Of a stretch of 64,000 bases of DNA, positions 50,410 through 63,816 are shown one piece after another. Numbering within the stretch: position 1 is the first letter of the stretch; each line of letters begins with the position of its first letter. Both the position numbers and the translations under genes were made by a program. Below the pieces are notes generated by a model that saw nothing but the letters and a program-made list of their open reading frames with translations, ran no database searches and was not told the DNA's origin. This stretch comes from Zygnema circumcarinatum SAG 698-1b (lineage: Eukaryota > Plantae > Zygnematophyceae), in the NCBI GenBank assembly GCA_037447605.1, contig CM074811.1:682001-746000 (forward strand). The letters are read 5' to 3'.

Positions 50410-51838
50410 GTCTCCGCAGAGCCGCTGACATGGAACGCTGGCAAGTACGGCAGTCTCGCAAGTGCAAGATAGCCTACGTGGCATAAGTCCCTTGCTCGTG
50501 CAGATAAAGACAAGGCGCCACGCTGTCCTCGGCGTCAACTGCCAATCGGCGACTTCCGCATGGCCGACAGCCGAACGCGGTGTCCGTACAGACTCGAATC
50601 GTCGCGGAGGGTGCCGACAAAGCCCTTGCGATTCGATTCGTCAGTGAAACTAAAGCCGGACATTTGCCAGAGCGTCCTGTCGTCTAATGCCTGGATCCTG
50701 CCACATAGCTATTCGTACAATCTGCGTACGTCGAGCTGACGAAGCAATTCCGATCCGCCCGCTGATATCACGCCACGTGTTCCAATCTTGACCGAATCGT
50801 TCGGATTCGTGTCCGTACAAACCTGACTGTGGGTGACGCGATTCTCGGGCAGAAGACGACAGATCACAGGGTGGGCCTGCTCGATTGCGGCCGTTGAAAG
50901 GATCCGTACCCCTACGCGATCCGTACAATCGACGGTTGGGGCTGCGCACTTTGGCCGGACGCGGCCACGGCGGACGCCGCCCTCCGGTTGTCCGATAGCC
51001 GACAAGTTTAGTCGTACGATGACGCCATAGGTTTCAAAAACCAATAGGGTTCGTAGAATATGGCACCTCCCTCCAATGCGATTTTGCCACGTTGTCAAAA
51101 CTACCACGTGGCGCGTTTTCACCGGAGTATATTGACTGGAGAAAACCCCCTAGTGGCTAGCAGAATTTTCCTGACTATTTGTCAGAGAGCCAAATTGTCG
51201 GTACTTCCAGAGAGAATGTCGGTGGAGTCTCCCAAGCCGCCAGGTGGCGCCCTGTGACTGCGCCACCGCCAAACCTTAGCTGGCTCGCCAGCCAGTGGCC
51301 GCCATGTTTCCCGCCACGTGGGCCGTCTGCACGCACGTGTTCTGACGTGGCCCGAATCTGCCACCCCTTTCGTACACCCCTCAATGCGAACCGCCGGGCC
51401 GCCCCCGCACGTTGCGTACCCGACAAAATCAGATTCATCCCTCAGATCCGCCGGCAAGAAAGAGACAGAATCCCAATGAGCAATCGCCGCTGACGCGAGC
51501 AATCTCTTACAGAAGACGACAAATGTCTCCGCGTCGTTTTCCGCCCTCTCCCGCCCACGTGGCCGCCGCCGCCCGCCGTCCGCCAACGGCCGCGGGCGAC
51601 CAATGGCCCGCGTCCTGCGGCAGCGGCGCCGCCAGTCACGAGGGCGGGCGTACGGCCGCCCGTGGGACCTGCCTCCGACGCCGCCGGGCGGCTACAAGGG
51701 CACGGGCCGCCGCCGCCCTCTCCCTCTCCCTCTCACTCTCTCTGCCTCTCCCTCTCCCTTTCCTCTCCCTCTCTCTCTCCCTCTCCCTCTTCCGCTCCCT
51801 CTCTCACTCCCCCCTCGCCTGGTACTAATCCGATCCAC

Positions 51839-54737
51839 ATGCCGCCGTGGAGCACCGTGGAGAGGACACGTGTCGAACAGCTGCAGGCGCCCCTCTTGGA
51901 GCGCACCGGCAGCTCGGAGCCCGCCATGGCCATGGCGGGCGCCTTCACGGACGACCATGGCGACCTGCACTCCGTCGTCAAGAAGGGGATACGCCGGAAG
52001 TGGCCGCTCTCCTCCGGGACGGTTCCATGCGATCGGTTCAACGGATTCTCAACGGAGAACGGAACTGCCAAAGGTGAAGGGCCGCAGCACGAGCAAGAGA
52101 GCGCGCGAGAGAGAGATGAGGGAGATCGGCTCTATTGAAACTTCTCCCTTCCTCTCCCTCTCTCTGTGATGCTGTCGCTTCCTCTCTACCTCCGCTCTCT
52201 CTAACGTTTCCCTCCTCTCACTTCCTTTCTCTCTTGCCCCTCCCTCACTCTCCTATTACGTTCCTCTCTCTCTTTCTCTCTCCCTCTCCCGCTGCACTCC
52301 CTCGCCCTCCTCCTTACATTCTGATCCCTTTCCCCGCACCTTTCGTCCTTCCATCGCTTTCCTCCTCTCCTCTCCCTTTCCCTCTCTCCAACCTCCTCAC
52401 TCTTCCTCTCTTCTTGACACTCTCTCTTCCGGATTCTGGTCCCTATCTTCTCTCCTCCTCCTTCTCCCTCTCCCTTTCACTCCCCCTCCCACCCTTGCCG
52501 CCTTTCCCCTTTTCCTTTAACACTCCCTCCTCGTCTTCGCCTCTTCCATCCCCCTATTCCCATCTCACGACTCCCATTTCTTTTCCACTCCTCCCGCCTC
52601 TACGTTCTGCCTTTCTTTTCCCTCCATATTCCTCTCCCACTTGTTCTCCTGCCTCTCTTTCCACCTTCCCTCTGCTCCTGTCCCACCTCATCGACGTTCA
52701 ACCTGCTTTTTCCCCAATTCTATCTCCCTTCATTACCTTCACCTTGTTACCTGTTTTTGTTTCACTCGTCCAGTCGTTCCCTTTCATCCTCCCTCCTTCC
52801 CTCCCTCCTCTTCCTCTCCCTTACCTCTTTGAATTTACCCTTTCAATACTATCCCGCCCCTTTCTCCCTCCACACTCTCGTCCTCCCATAATCTCCCTTT
52901 GCACTTTTCCTCCCTCCCCTTTCTCTCCTCCCCTCCTCTCTCTCTCTCTCTTACTCTCCCTCCCCTCCTCCCCTTGTCCCTCCAGCTCTGCCGCCGTCCT
53001 CAACATCATCGTTCCCCCCTCCCAACATCACCTCCCTGCCCTACATCACTTCGGCCCCCCACTACATCCGACCGGAGGAGGCCCCATCATCCCTGCGCAC
53101 ACTCCCCTCCCTCTCCTCCTCTATAGATCACGGCGGCGCCTCCCTCCTCTCCTCCTGTCCCATCTCTAGCTCCCTCGACATCTTTGGTTTGACCAGCGTT
53201 GACCAGCACCCCTATAGAATGGGATTTCCCTTTGACACTTCTCCCTTCCTCTCCGATCTCGTCTCAACAAGTGAAGCGTTCGCTCCCGTTAACGGGAAAG
53301 GAAGGAGAGCGAGAGAGGGAGGGGTAGCTTCAGAGAGAGAGGGAGAGGCAGAGGTAGAGATTTTGCCGTTTCAACGAAGTGCAAGAATGGACGATAGGAT
53401 GCTTAACGGAAACACAATGGAAAGCAGCGAACGTGATCGCATCAGTCAAATTCAGGACGATTTGTGGGCAATTGTGGGGGGAGACATGGGGCTGCGAAAC
53501 GCCTCACAACTCTTCCATCCAGTAGAGTCGATAGTTTCAACGTTAGCGAGTCAAGAAAGTCAACAATATTATCAACATCAAGCAGGTCAGCAAAGTCACG
53601 AGAGTCAAGGGAGCACAAAGCGGAGGAAGACTTCAGACTTTGTTATGCGTTCAGACATGGAGAAGAGCAGTGATCGGTTGAAACGACAGGAGGGGTCGGT
53701 AGGGAGTTTGATGGACGCAGGATTTGCCGCACGGAGTTTGGAAAACTTGAGGCACGGAAGTTTGGAAGGAATGTGTGACAAGTGGGTAGAGGAGATGAGA
53801 GAGGAAATGGGTTCACCTTCTCCGAATGAAAGTTCAGTGACATTAGAGGTACGCTATAAGGGACTTCTTGCAAGTCGGTCTCTTCCTTTCCCTCTCCTCT
53901 CTCTCGCACTCCCTCTTTCCCAGTCTGTGCGATCCTCCCTCCCATACTCTCCCATACTCTTCCTCAGACAGTTTCTCTTGCTCACTCTCTATCTCTCTCG
54001 TCCTCCTGTGGCCTCTTTCCTTTTCCCTCTATCAACTTCTTCTACCGCTCGTTCCCATCGCCCTCCTCTCCTTCCTTACTCTCTCTCCCTCTGCTCCAAC
54101 CGCCCCTTTCTGTGCCTCCACATAACTCTTCTTCGTCTCACTCCCTCTCCCCGTCTCTTCCCATCGGCCCGTCCCCACTCTCCTTTCTGCAACCTGTCCC
54201 CTGACTCTCCTCCCTCAACCTCTGGACTCTCCAGTCCCCGCTCCCTCTCTTCGTCTCTATTTCCCGTGGTAGCTCTTATCCACTCTCTCTCCTCCAACCT
54301 CTCTACTCTAGCCCCCTCCCCCTGCCTTGCCCTCTACTCAACTTCCACGTCTTATCTCCGCTTCTCCTACATCTGTCCCCTCCCGTTCTCCCCCCATCTC
54401 CTCCCTCAGCCTCTGTACTCCACTGCCCTCTTCTCCTCTCCTCTACTCACCCCTCTTGCCCTAACTCCCGCTTCTCCATTTGTCCCATCTCACACTCTAT
54501 CCCGCTCCTCTCCTCCTTATTTGAATGGCTTTGCAGGCTCAGTTGGGGCAGCTGGCGGAAGATTGGAAAGAAGCGACCACAGTTGGGTGTTTCACAATGG
54601 CTGCAATTCCGTATAGCCTGCTAAGGCTCCGGAGATCGGAATTGATACCGCGCAAAATGAGCAACATCAAAGCCGCGCAATTGGAGAAGAAAGTTCAAGA
54701 CATCGTTTCTAATGAGATGGGATATGTAAATAGATGA
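51839..54737 (+). CDS. Uncharacterised 3-exon protein (~385 aa), probably nuclear
   Basis: Exons 51839-52073 (donor AAAG|gtgaag, phase 1), 53127-53848 (acceptor ctatag|, donor GAG|gtacgc), 54537-54737 (acceptor ttgcag|, TGA). 1158 nt, in frame; introns are long pyrimidine tracts as in the known genes here. Basic segments KKGIRRK and TKRRKT. No family recognised. Confidence 0.65.
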
Positions 54738-56588
54738 TTGGTGGTTGCCCCTTCACGTTAAATTTGACTCTTCCTCCTTATGGAAGAGGTATTATCAAAT
54801 CTGGTATTCTGTACAGGCACAAAAGTTGCTCTGATGTTCATAGTCCGGCTTAGCCAAGATCTCTTCTTTCCTTTTGAAGGAGTTGTTTTCATGTCGTGCT
54901 CACAGCTTCTGCACTGTTGGAACTGCGATGCAACATTGGTTACATCATGATGTGCATTTTGGATCTAGGATGTGAGTTTTTACAGAGCTTAAGCTGGCAT
55001 CCTAGCGCCGGCTTTCATTTGCACGAAGAAAAACAATAAGAAAACATTTTTTCCCATGTAAATCATCGTTGCAATGTATGCCGACACATTTCCCGTCGTC
55101 CCTCTCTCTGCCTGCCTGCTTGCCCGCCAGCCTCCATCTCCTTCGTCCCTCCCGTTCCCCTCCCCTCACCAGGCCACGCCCTTCTTCCCTTTCTTCCCCC
55201 TCCCCACCCTCCCTTCCCGTCCCCCTCCCGCCCTCTCTCCCTCTCTCCCCCCTCTCCCCTCCCGCCCTCCCTCCCTCCCTCTGTCCCTCCCTCCCTCCTG
55301 TTTCTATCCTTCCCGGTCCGACCCAAAATCCCCAACAATCAACCGCATGACGTCGTCCATTTCACGCTTCCTTGTTCTTACCGCCCGAGAGATAAGCCAA
55401 CCTCTGGAGGCACTTGGAGAAGGTTTCATTCCCCCCTTGTCGTCCGCACGTTTGCACAGTGTTGAAGTCTCCACAACGGCTTTGTCGAACGTCGCCGAAT
55501 GCTTTCCGCCCGTCGACGCTGTTCCCTGCGGCAAAGATTGCGCCACGAGGACAGCCGCAACTGGCCGTCGATGCTCGACTCGGCGGCGCATATCGCGCCA
55601 TGCACACCAATGACAGCTCGCAATTTCGCTCTGTAGCTTGCCGCTCAGGGTTTTCCCACGCGTCCCCGTCTGCTTCGATCCTAATTGCAGTTCGACGGCC
55701 TTGCAGGCGAAGGCGGCCCTCTCGCCAGTCGTGGCCTTGGTCTATGTTTCAGGTTTCGACCTTCATAAAGTGTTATATCTATAGAAAGCAAGTTTCTTGT
55801 GAAGACGGAAATGCCATTTGTTGGGACAATGCGAGCTGGCGAAGAAAACGACATTTGAGGCCATGCATGGTCGCATGTCATGATGACATGCATCCTCACT
55901 TGTTCACATTCGTTTGTCTTTTTGTACATATTGACATCGCAGCGCACATCACCTCAACACAATAGCGTTTGGAACATTAAGAAGAAAGCACAAACGTCTG
56001 AACATAGCCCAACGATCAGTACATGTCCAAAAGAGTGCCAATGGCGACCAAAGTACAAGCATTCGTCATTGAAATATTTCTTGATATAGCTTGATGACTG
56101 ACCCAGGACATTTTCACTCCACAATTGAAGTATATGAATTACGAGATCAACGACTCAACACAACCATAAAGTTGACCCACTTCACTGACTGAAAGGTTAG
56201 CGACAAAAGTTCAGAGTGAAGGCGTTAAGCCTAAACTCCAAACATGATTTTCTCGTCAAGCTATGCAAACGCTCAAGTTGCATAAATTCAACTCGGAGCA
56301 ATTTTCATGGANNNNNNNNNNCCCCCCCCCCCCCTCTCTCTCTCTCTCCCGATGTGCGGTCTACGCAGGCGGATGCATGCTCATGCATGTGTATGCATGC
56401 CCCCGCAAATAGCTATGTTAGATTCGCCAAGTTGTTGGTTAAAGAAATTTTAAAAGTAAAAGGAACCAACACTCACAGAGCTACTACTCAGGCAGCCGCC
56501 GAAAGGAGCACCTTTCAAAAATAGGAAATGACAAAATCGGTGATACGATCGGAAGCAGTACCAAACATGGCTAGTGATTCTTAAAACA

Positions 56589-59195
56589 TCAAGAGAGATG
56601 TCTATGGGCGAAGTACTGTTTTCTGCTGAGAAAACTCTTCTCTACCTTCTCCCAATCCGCTGCTTTCGGCATCAAAATCGCAATGAAGCCTTCGGACTCC
56701 GCCTGCTCTTCCAATATCAGCCCCCCCAAATTTCCCATGGAAACAGCCCTAGTCAAAACCCAAACCCAAAGACCAAAATCCAAAACCCTCACATATCCAG
56801 AACCCTGAGCCCCTTAAGTCCAGGACTCCGAAGTTTCTACCTTCCTGCTTAGCAGGGTGGAGTCGGTTGCCAGTCTGTAATTTATCTCCAATAGGGAGCC
56901 CTTCACACAGCTCCTGCAGCAGCAGCTCAAAAAACAAAGAAAAAGAAGCAATCAGCGATAATTACACCAGTGGTTTGAAATCACTTAAGTTGAAGGACGT
57001 AAGTGAAGGGACGGCCTCTCCTTTCCAGCCCATTTTCTCTCTCCCCTTCCCCTTCTCTCCCTTCCTCATGAAGCGAGCCTCCTCTTGTTCTCACTCCAAG
57101 CCTTAGTTAAACGGCGACTGAAATTAAGTTCCACATTCATGCATCTTCCTTCAGGTTGGCATCCATCGAAAGGGAAACACCATTACTTCGACTTTTTAAC
57201 TAACAGTCTGAACGTAGATATCTGATGTTCTTGGAGTAAACAGTTTTACATGAAGCCCCTTCAAGCACAGTACCTTATGATGAAGTGAGAGCCGTCGTCC
57301 ATGACCACCTTACAGAGGGCAGACACAGTATCCAAAAATTTGGCATTCTGCAGACCCCCCAGGATGAACTCGAAATTTAGGAGAAATGAACTCAAGATAG
57401 GAGAGAGATTACGAAAGTTTCTGAGATTGTATCTCTTTCCGCTTTGAATCCTGAACAGTTTCAGTTGCTTAGAGGTATGCTTTAGCTTGACTATGATTAT
57501 GCTTTCCTTCTACCTCCTCCAACCCCCACTCCCCCCCCAGCCACCCTTCCCTTCTCCCTCTCGTTCTCCTCACTCCTCAAACCTCCTCCTCCGAGCCTCA
57601 CCACTCCCCCTCTCCCCCTCTCCTCTCCCTTTCTCCTCCCGCTCCTCAGCTCCCCTACCACGCCAGTTACCCTCTCCTTTCCCCTATTCGCACCTGTTCC
57701 TAACCCACTCGCCACTTCCTCCCTTCCCTCCTTCTCCCCTTTCCCATCTCTCCCTCTCCCCTTTGCCCACTTCCCCCCTCTTGCTTTTCCCAGCCTCTTC
57801 CAACCTTCTCTCTTCTTCTTCGTCCAGTTCTCACATGCATTCCCAGCCAGCTCAGATCCATGCTTCAGTTTTATGTGACGAGCAACCCACCCTCTTGTTC
57901 TTCCCTGTCACCTCCACGGGCTGCCAGTTCCGTTTCCCCATCTCAAAATCGACATGTGAAATCCGCTTGTCAGATTGCAGCGCTGCATGGCCGGCTGCCA
58001 TACCCACTATACACAACCTGCAGAGCACACAAAGGAAGGAACTCATGCTAAGAATGTGCCAATAATTGAGCCAACATTTACAGTGCAGATGTAATGGTGA
58101 TGCAATTTTCATGAAAGAAGAATCTGTTTACTCACACTCATACGAGTTTTGAAGCTGCAGCTTATTTTGCAACAAGTTATCATCTATTTATAGACGACTC
58201 AAAGTCCCTTACACTCTGCCAGGGTCAAACAAATTGTCTTACCCATTTGGATGTCGATAAATGTAGTGGTCGTGGCCAGCTATACCTCCGACATCTGTCC
58301 TCGGAGAAACGCTCCAGGTCAGAGAGTGCTTAGAAATAATCATAGTACAATATGGCTCTCAAGTGCTTGATATTGATGACAGGAGCAACTTTGCCTTTAT
58401 GGTTCGCAAGACCAGGAAAGACAATAGCTTCAACAACTCAGCTAATTAGCAGCTTGAAAGTCTGAAAAGAATGACACTAGTGAGGTTGGCCTTAGGGTAG
58501 AACTGAGTTTTTGTTTTAAATCGAAGTACGTTTAAAGTTAGCATCGAAGTTAAGGCTTGCGTTGAAGTTAGCTTAGGTTCAGATAAGGTTAAATAGCCTA
58601 TCGGAAAAACCTTGCGTTGGGCTCAGCATGCGGGTTGAGATTGCAATCAAGATCAACGGTAGGTTATAATGAAGAAGTTGAAATTGGGACCATGGTTTAG
58701 AGTTGGGGGAAACAAAAGTATAGCAAATGGCTGCGAGTTCTGACAGACTATCGTCAAGAGCACCCTAATCCAACATTCTGTAACGTCCTTTAAAAGAAGC
58801 CATTTCATCCAGAGCATCCGATGAGTACAGGAACAAAAAGAAATTTCTTCTCCCGACTAATGGTCGTATGCTCTGCAAGGCTAAAGAAATCATCCAGAAA
58901 AGAGAAACAATGCGAACTCACCTACTGCATAGTACTGCATGTAATTGCGTTCATGTGGTGGGACAGGCCTTTGAAGTAGCTCATTTTCCCACCCTTTCGA
59001 TGTACCATCATGACAAGTCGATTCAAATTCATCAGCTGCTTTCAGTTTCTTGGGGACTTCCACTCCATTTCCATCCACTATGGGTCCTGTTAAACTCGGA
59101 TTTGTCTCCACCTCACAAAATGCACGTTTCCCGTTCTCTTGGAAGCCACTTCCGTTTTCAGGAATGCTTAATTTGCGGCCTCCCTCATCGGTCAT
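56589..59195 (-). CDS. ABITRAM: Protein Abitram / FAM206A homologue (single-hybrid-motif fold), ~237 aa
   Basis: Exons 59195-58922, 58294-58243, 58017-57891, 57347-57274, 56913-56841, 56702-56589. 714 nt, in frame. Motifs GHDHYIYRHPNGLCIVGMA, VDFEMGK...VTGKNKRNA, ALCKV, CVKGSLLEIN, EGFIAILMP match plant FAM206A. Confidence 0.88.
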
Positions 59196-60238
59196 TGCAG
59201 CTCAATGATAGCCCATTTTTCTGGAAATTCAGATGCTCAACCTGTGTCAACGTGCAGAGTGAAAGACAGGAGATGTTGACTGACGGTGTAAAAAAAGGGA
59301 CATGAGCAGCTGGACTTGAGCAGGTTGCTTAAACTTGTGTATTGCGAGCTTATACTTTTTTTTTTCTGTTTTGTATGAATATCTGCCCTAGATAATCGGA
59401 AGGAGCGACTGTAAAAGGGGAAGAAGAATACCAGAGAAGGAATGGCAACAAAATGAAGGAATGGACGACAATAATCATGCTTTCAAACTTCCAAAATGAG
59501 CAAACACTGATAGAGAGAGTGTAGTGATTGCGATTGTGTTTGTGATTGCTCAGTAAAGAAAGGAAGGAGAAGACAGCAATCGCAATCCTTTGTACACCAT
59601 CTCCTCTTTGACACATGGATCACTTGCAGAAAAGAGCACAGCAAAAAGCCATTGAATTCGACACAAGCACTTCCGGTGCACGTTGAAGCCCACATGACCC
59701 CCCCCTCTGTTGAAAGCAGAAAGCAGGAAACACGCATGCAAAGGTAAAACCGAAGCCTGCTAGCAAAGGGCTTTCACGTGGCTTTTTCTTACAGCAGTTA
59801 CTTTTGTGAGCAATATTCCTCCTCATTGTTGACCAATGGCTTCCGAGGCCCAACGCCTCCGGAGTCCGGTCAGGCTACAAGGTGAATCTAAGCGAGTTCC
59901 GTCGCCTCCGCTATAAAGGCTCGCAGAGAGAAAGGAGTCGCTAGCGCTGTAGAGAAAGAGAGTGGAGAAGCCAGATAGGAATAGCGAGTGGGAGAGGGAG
60001 CGAGAGGGAGTGCGAGAGAGAGGGAGGGGAGAAGCTAGAGGGGAATAAATAGAGAGAAAGAGAGCGCGACAGAGATTTTGAAGCAGTCAGAGAGGATCAA
60101 AGGGAGCGCGAGTGTGTGTGTGTGTGAGAGAGAGAGTGCGAGAGAGAGAGAGGGAGAGAGAGAGAGAGAAATCTTAACTAGCCGCTGCATCAGAAAACGT
60201 GGTGTGTGAATCTTGCCTGCTTCTGAAAGCAAACAGAG

Positions 60239-60852
60239 ATGTGGTCCTACCTGCCAGTGCTGCTGGTGGCAATTCCTCCTCTGGCACTCTTCGCTGGATC
60301 GTTCACTCTCTATCAGTTTTCGAGAATTTACATCAACTTGGTGTGGCTTTCAAGGTCTTCTCCATCGTCAAGTGTAATCTGGAAGACTGCCCGACCATAC
60401 GTAAAGTCACTTGTAAGGAGTCTTTTGCCTGAATTCTTCAAGTTATTGAAGAAATAGCTTCTACCTCTTATCGCTGTGAATGTGCTTTCACTTTCAGGTT
60501 ATGTTATGATAATTTCAAAGGTCGTATTCCAGAGATATGAATGCATACATCCCACCACATTAGCTTACTCGGTTCTATAATCGCTGATATTTTGCAGTTT
60601 GGGTTTTCTTTTTTCATCTCAGGAAGTCATGTCTTTCAAATCGTAGAAGGAAAACTCTCGAAATCTGACATGTTTCTTGTCACTTCTTTGTCTTTGGTAC
60701 CTGTGCAGGTGAAAAGTTTACAGGCGGTGTTAGGAGATGAAGAGAAGCTCCTCTCAAAAGTTCAATTGACGCATGTCTTACTGGCAGCTATTTTGATTGT
60801 TCTCATCGTGTTTCTTGAAAGAGTTAGTACTAAAGTGCGAGAACGACGATAG
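60239..60852 (+). CDS. Putative small two-helix membrane protein (unknown family)
   Basis: ATG at 60239 followed by hydrophobic MWSYLPVLLVAIPPLALFAGSFTLYQF. Last exon from acceptor gtgcag| at 60709 (VKSLQAVLGDEEKLLSKVQLTHVLLAAILIVLIVFLERV...TAG 60852). The first donor is ambiguous (TAC|gtaaag or CTT|gtaagg). TATAAA at 59912. Confidence 0.55.
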
Positions 60853-62838
60853 GTTTGATGCAAAAACATTGTCCATTTCAGTTTGTAAGTTGGATAAAGA
60901 TTGGAGATGCTTCGCTGTATACGCTGTAGCACCTATCAGAGAGTATCATGCTAATACACTTTGGGCCTATAGAAGTGTTTTTTGTTGGAAACTCGTCCCA
61001 AATCCTTCTGTGCACCTTTGTGTACATTTGAAATAGCATTTTTCAATGCAACCATTCATTCTCATACAAGAAAATAGTCCAGCTCATTCCCCGATCACCA
61101 ACTGTTCTGTTTTCCTCTCTCATTTCCTTCTCCTTGTCGCAGTGTGCCAGTCTGAAGGTGTGTTTTGTAATAGGCAATAGAAAAGTGGGCAAGAACTACG
61201 TCCCTAGAGTTGACTCTTTTTCAGTTCCACAGCACAGCAGCGCTTGCAGCTTTCAGCGAAGCGCAATGAGCTGATGATGCTCCCAAAGCATTAGAAGGGT
61301 GGGTGGGTGGAGGCAGAGCATGGCTTCTGCTCGAAGGCTCCTTGGCTGAAAGTGAAGTGGACCTGCTAAGCAGGTAATATTGCTGTCAAATATGTGCCAC
61401 TTCTGTGGATTCGATTGTTGTAGTCACTTCCAGCTCAAAAAATGACCATTACCAGTGAATAGTCCTTGAGGAGTCTCTGCTAATCACCCCCCTCCCTTAG
61501 CCAACCCTGAAACTCGTGTTGTCATTTTTAAACTTTGATATACTCGACAGCTGAGGGGCACGTATTCTTTCTTCTTGCATGTCCTGGCTGTGAGATGTGT
61601 TAAGTAGCATCCAAATCAGTTGCATGTTTATGTTTTTGTTTATGTTAATTGTTTATGGTATTTCCCGTCATGAAGCCCAAAAGACCTGTTACCTGTTGTT
61701 CTAGACATGAATCCAAGGCAGAAGATATTGTGAGGGGTTTACGAGGAATGTCAAGTGAGGGACTACTGGAGACTGAGAGTCTTGAATGAAAGAGTTTCAA
61801 AGTTAGCATTCCCGTGACAGAAATGAAATCGAAACAAGTATCCATTGCACACAGGATCTTCTGTGCAACGGAGTACTGGCATTAATGTCCTTTTTCTACA
61901 ATATTTACTAAGTTTGACACCTCATACAGGTAAGGGGGAGTGACGAAATGATGCAGACGGGAGCGGTGTCTCAGATCCTCCTTTACAACATAAATCATTA
62001 CGTGCAGTTAAATAGCAGTTCGTTACATTAGAAAGAACCGGGAACAAAAAGCGACCGGCAATGTAGGAAGAGCTTAGAGAAGTACAACCTAATTCCGATT
62101 CTAATCCTGATCCTATGCAGAACTGGCAAATTAGAGAGGGGAGGGGATGGGGAGAGAGAGAGAGAGAGGGAGAGAAGGGACGACGAAAGGGGAAGGGGCA
62201 GGNNNNNNNNNNAGAGGGGAGAGGGGAGAGGGGAGAGGGGAGAGAGGAGCGGTGGAAGGGGGAGGGGGACTCAACAAGCATCCACCAAGTTGACTTTATT
62301 TTTAGTTAGTCCAATGCCAGGAATGCCCACGGCGTTCTTGGAAAGAAATCAGCTTCTGCTCCTTCAAGAATCAAAAAACAAGTCAGCACAAATTCCCATC
62401 TAGCCCTAAATCTTCAAAAACACGGCTTTCGTGAGCCCGGCTTGGCCCCTTCCCCTACCTCCCTGCTCTAAACAACATGAAAGATAAGATCCGAGCGGCA
62501 TATCCCTATTGCGTCGTAAAGGCCACCCTTTACCACCTAGCCACTCCCTGCAACTGGTTTTGGGTGACGTCAGGAAGTTTGAAGAAAGAGATACGTCTCC
62601 CCTGCTGTCTGACTGCGAGCGAGATCAACAAGAAACTAGTATCTGCTCTTGGAGCGTGCTCCATGAAACTCCGAATCCGTTAAAATAACAAAAGGCCGTT
62701 ATTGAGCCTCCATCCGCAAAACCACTCGAAGGAACAGTTGAGGTCAGAGGTCTATTATGGGTGGCCAGGACTCAGTCATGCTTGAAAAAAGATTGCCGAG
62801 ATAACCAAAGGCCTCCCTCGTTGTCACTTGTATCCTCC

Positions 62839-63816
62839 CTATGCCGGTAGGTGCAGCTTCTTGTTATTCTTCCAGCTGCACCCATAGACCACGAGGCCAG
62901 ATCGTAAATGACATAGCAACGCGGCCTGCATGGTTTTGTATGGCACGGACGGCTTTTTGATGCTTCAGACTTGCTCTTACTGAGTGGGTCGACAGCATAG
63001 TATACACTTTAACACGCCCGTAAGGCGCCTGTGCTACTCCTAGCCCTAATCCTGATCCTGACCCGAGCCCTAACCCTAACTCTAACCTGCTTGCTCGAAC
63101 CCTAACCCCTATCCAAAACCAGTGAATTCAATAGCAAAACCTTTCGAGCCTAACCCCCAATTGGCAATAAGAACCAACAGGACTGGGTTGTTTGAGAAGT
63201 ACGAAAAAGAAGACTGAAGTACGGCCACCCATCATGGCTGGAAAGTCTCCCCGTAAAACAACTTAGCGCACTCTATAGAAGCTTGCTATATTTTATCTAG
63301 TGCAGAATAATACCCTTCTGTAATGACTGACTCACTGACTCACTGCTTTTGTGTTCTTTTTTTGTTACCAGAATGCAAAATGATTGCCGTAGGAAGGCTG
63401 GGACTAGAGAAAGTAGGAATTGGGAACCATGTTTAGACTCATCCTTCTAGATTCTCAGGAATCATACCTCTTCAGATAGTAATAGAAAAAATCGCCATAG
63501 AGTGCTGTCTGGATGATACCAGCAGTCCACACTGTCGATTGATCACATCACCAACGATTCATCAGAGGGTTTTTTCAAACTTAGACAAAATATGGAAAAG
63601 AAGCGTGAAAATCGGATAAAGAACGTTGGATACAATTGCTACGTCCTCGAAAACAGAAAATCGCAGTATGAGGATAAAGAGGACGACTTGAGGAAAACCC
63701 CCAAAACCCTACAATGTATCGAAAGGTTCAGATGAAGCTCACCGATCCAATGCCTGTAATTCTTCTCTGTGTAGAATCGATAGATCCAATTAAGAAGGTA
63801 TAGTGACCGGTAAGCC
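62839..63816 (-). CDS. ERD2: ER lumen protein-retaining (KDEL) receptor, C-terminal exons; 5' part beyond the window
   Basis: Exons 63816-63743 (GAYRSLYLLNWIYRFYTEKNYRHWI), 63531-63468 (VWTAGIIQTALYGDFFYYYLKS), 62875-62839 (WKNNKKLHLPA*). This is the canonical ERD2 C-terminus. Confidence 0.95.

Noticed and set aside
55348-55613. 88-aa plus-strand ORF (MTSSISRFLVLTAREISQPLEALGEGFIPP…) after a pyrimidine tract
   Set aside because: No recognisable homology and no consistent downstream exons. It cannot be supported, though it is not excluded.
61230-61375. Exon-like segment with an in-frame TGA (…AFSEAQ*ADDAPKALEGW…) as a possible selenocysteine codon
   Set aside because: No CxxU/UxxC or known selenoprotein context and no SECIS recognised; more likely 3' UTR or intergenic.
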